Shown here one piece after another: positions 20,256 through 20,883 of a stretch of DNA of 20,883 bases. The translations under genes and the position numbers were made by a program. The stretch comes from Chiloscyllium plagiosum. Taxonomy: Eukaryota. The notes under the pieces were generated by a model. That model saw only the letters and a program-made list of their open reading frames with translations. It searched no databases and was not told where the DNA came from. The stretch is taken from positions 5,863,086 through 5,883,968 of the forward strand of contig NC_057720.1 of the NCBI RefSeq assembly GCF_004010195.1, given 5' to 3'. Each line of letters starts with the position of its first letter. Position 1 is the stretch's first letter.

Positions 20256-20384
20256 GCCATTTCTGCCCAGAATCCTGTCCAAGATTGACCATTCATCAAC
20301 ATCAGGGAAAGTAAACTATCTGATTGCATTCTGGTTGTTTTATTTCCTGTAGTGCAAGCTTGTTGAAAAGGTACCACTTACAGA

Positions 20385-20622
20385 AACGATAGAAACATAG
20401 AGAAATAGCAATAGGAGTAGGTTATTCAGCCCTTCGAGCCAGTTCCACCATTCAATGTAATCATGACTGATCATCCAACTCAGTCCCCTGTTGCTGCTTT
20501 TATCCCTTACTCTTTGATCCCTTTAGCCTAAGAACAATATCTAACTCCTTCTTGAAAGCATTCAATGTTTCGGCCTCAGCCACTTTCTGCGGCTGAGAAT
20601 TCCATAGGCTCACTACTCTTTT
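20385..20622 (-). mobile_element. CR1-type 3' end
   Basis: ATAGAAAC tail; RVVSLWNSQPQKVAEAETLNAFKKELD in ORF 20500-20697. Confidence 0.82.
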
Positions 20623-20883
20623 CTGGATCAGTGGTGCTGGAAGAGCACAGCAATTCAGGCAGCATCCGAGGACAGGCAAAATCGACGTTTCGGGCAAAAG
20701 CCCTTCATCAGGAATAAAGGCAGAGAGCCTGAAGCGTGGAGAGATAAGCTAGAGGAGGGTGGGGGTGGGGAGAGAGTGGCATAGAGTACAATAGGTCAGT
20801 GGGGAAGGAGATGAAGGTGATAGGTCAGGGAGGAGAGGGTGGAGTGGATAGGTGGAAAAGGAGCTGGGCAGGTCGGACAAGTC
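20623..20883 (-). mobile_element. Neptune-like PLE 3' UTR/pLTR, runs off the window
   Basis: Homologous to 4447-4563, 6310-6426 and 15490-15660. Confidence 0.9.
20680..20715 (-). ncRNA. Minimal type I hammerhead ribozyme motif
   Basis: AUUC-CUGAUGA-A-GGGC(UUUU)GCCC-GAA-ACGU-C^GAUU; one U.U mismatch in helix I. Confidence 0.75.

Overview
Eukaryotic, repeat-dense intronic DNA from a cartilaginous fish. The HE1-type SINE, CR1/L2 LINEs and Penelope-like elements (PLEs) point to an elasmobranch; the species cannot be fixed from sequence alone. Most of the window is decayed, nested retroelements: CR1, L2, tRNA-SINEs, a probable solo LTR and two PLE families (Neptune-like and Poseidon/Penelope-like). 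Nearly all ORFs in the track are fragments or shadows of these. Three repeat-free candidate exons (8185-8516 +, 10111-10170 +, 19505-19634 -) have mutually compatible phases, but I cannot name the gene. Main results: (1) PLE termini carry minimal hammerhead ribozymes, four of them with intact cores and helix II. (2) Four PLE insertions share one architecture: two tail-out PLE ends at a single staggered cut with an 11-15 bp duplication. (3) In two of those four, the inner ends appear joined to host DNA, giving a ~1.67 kb segment apparently shuffled locally (9542-11211) and a ~1.8 kb inversion (18087-19886). Each rearranged segment carries one of the candidate exons. All alignments were done by eye, so repeat boundaries are approximate unless a junction sequence is quoted.
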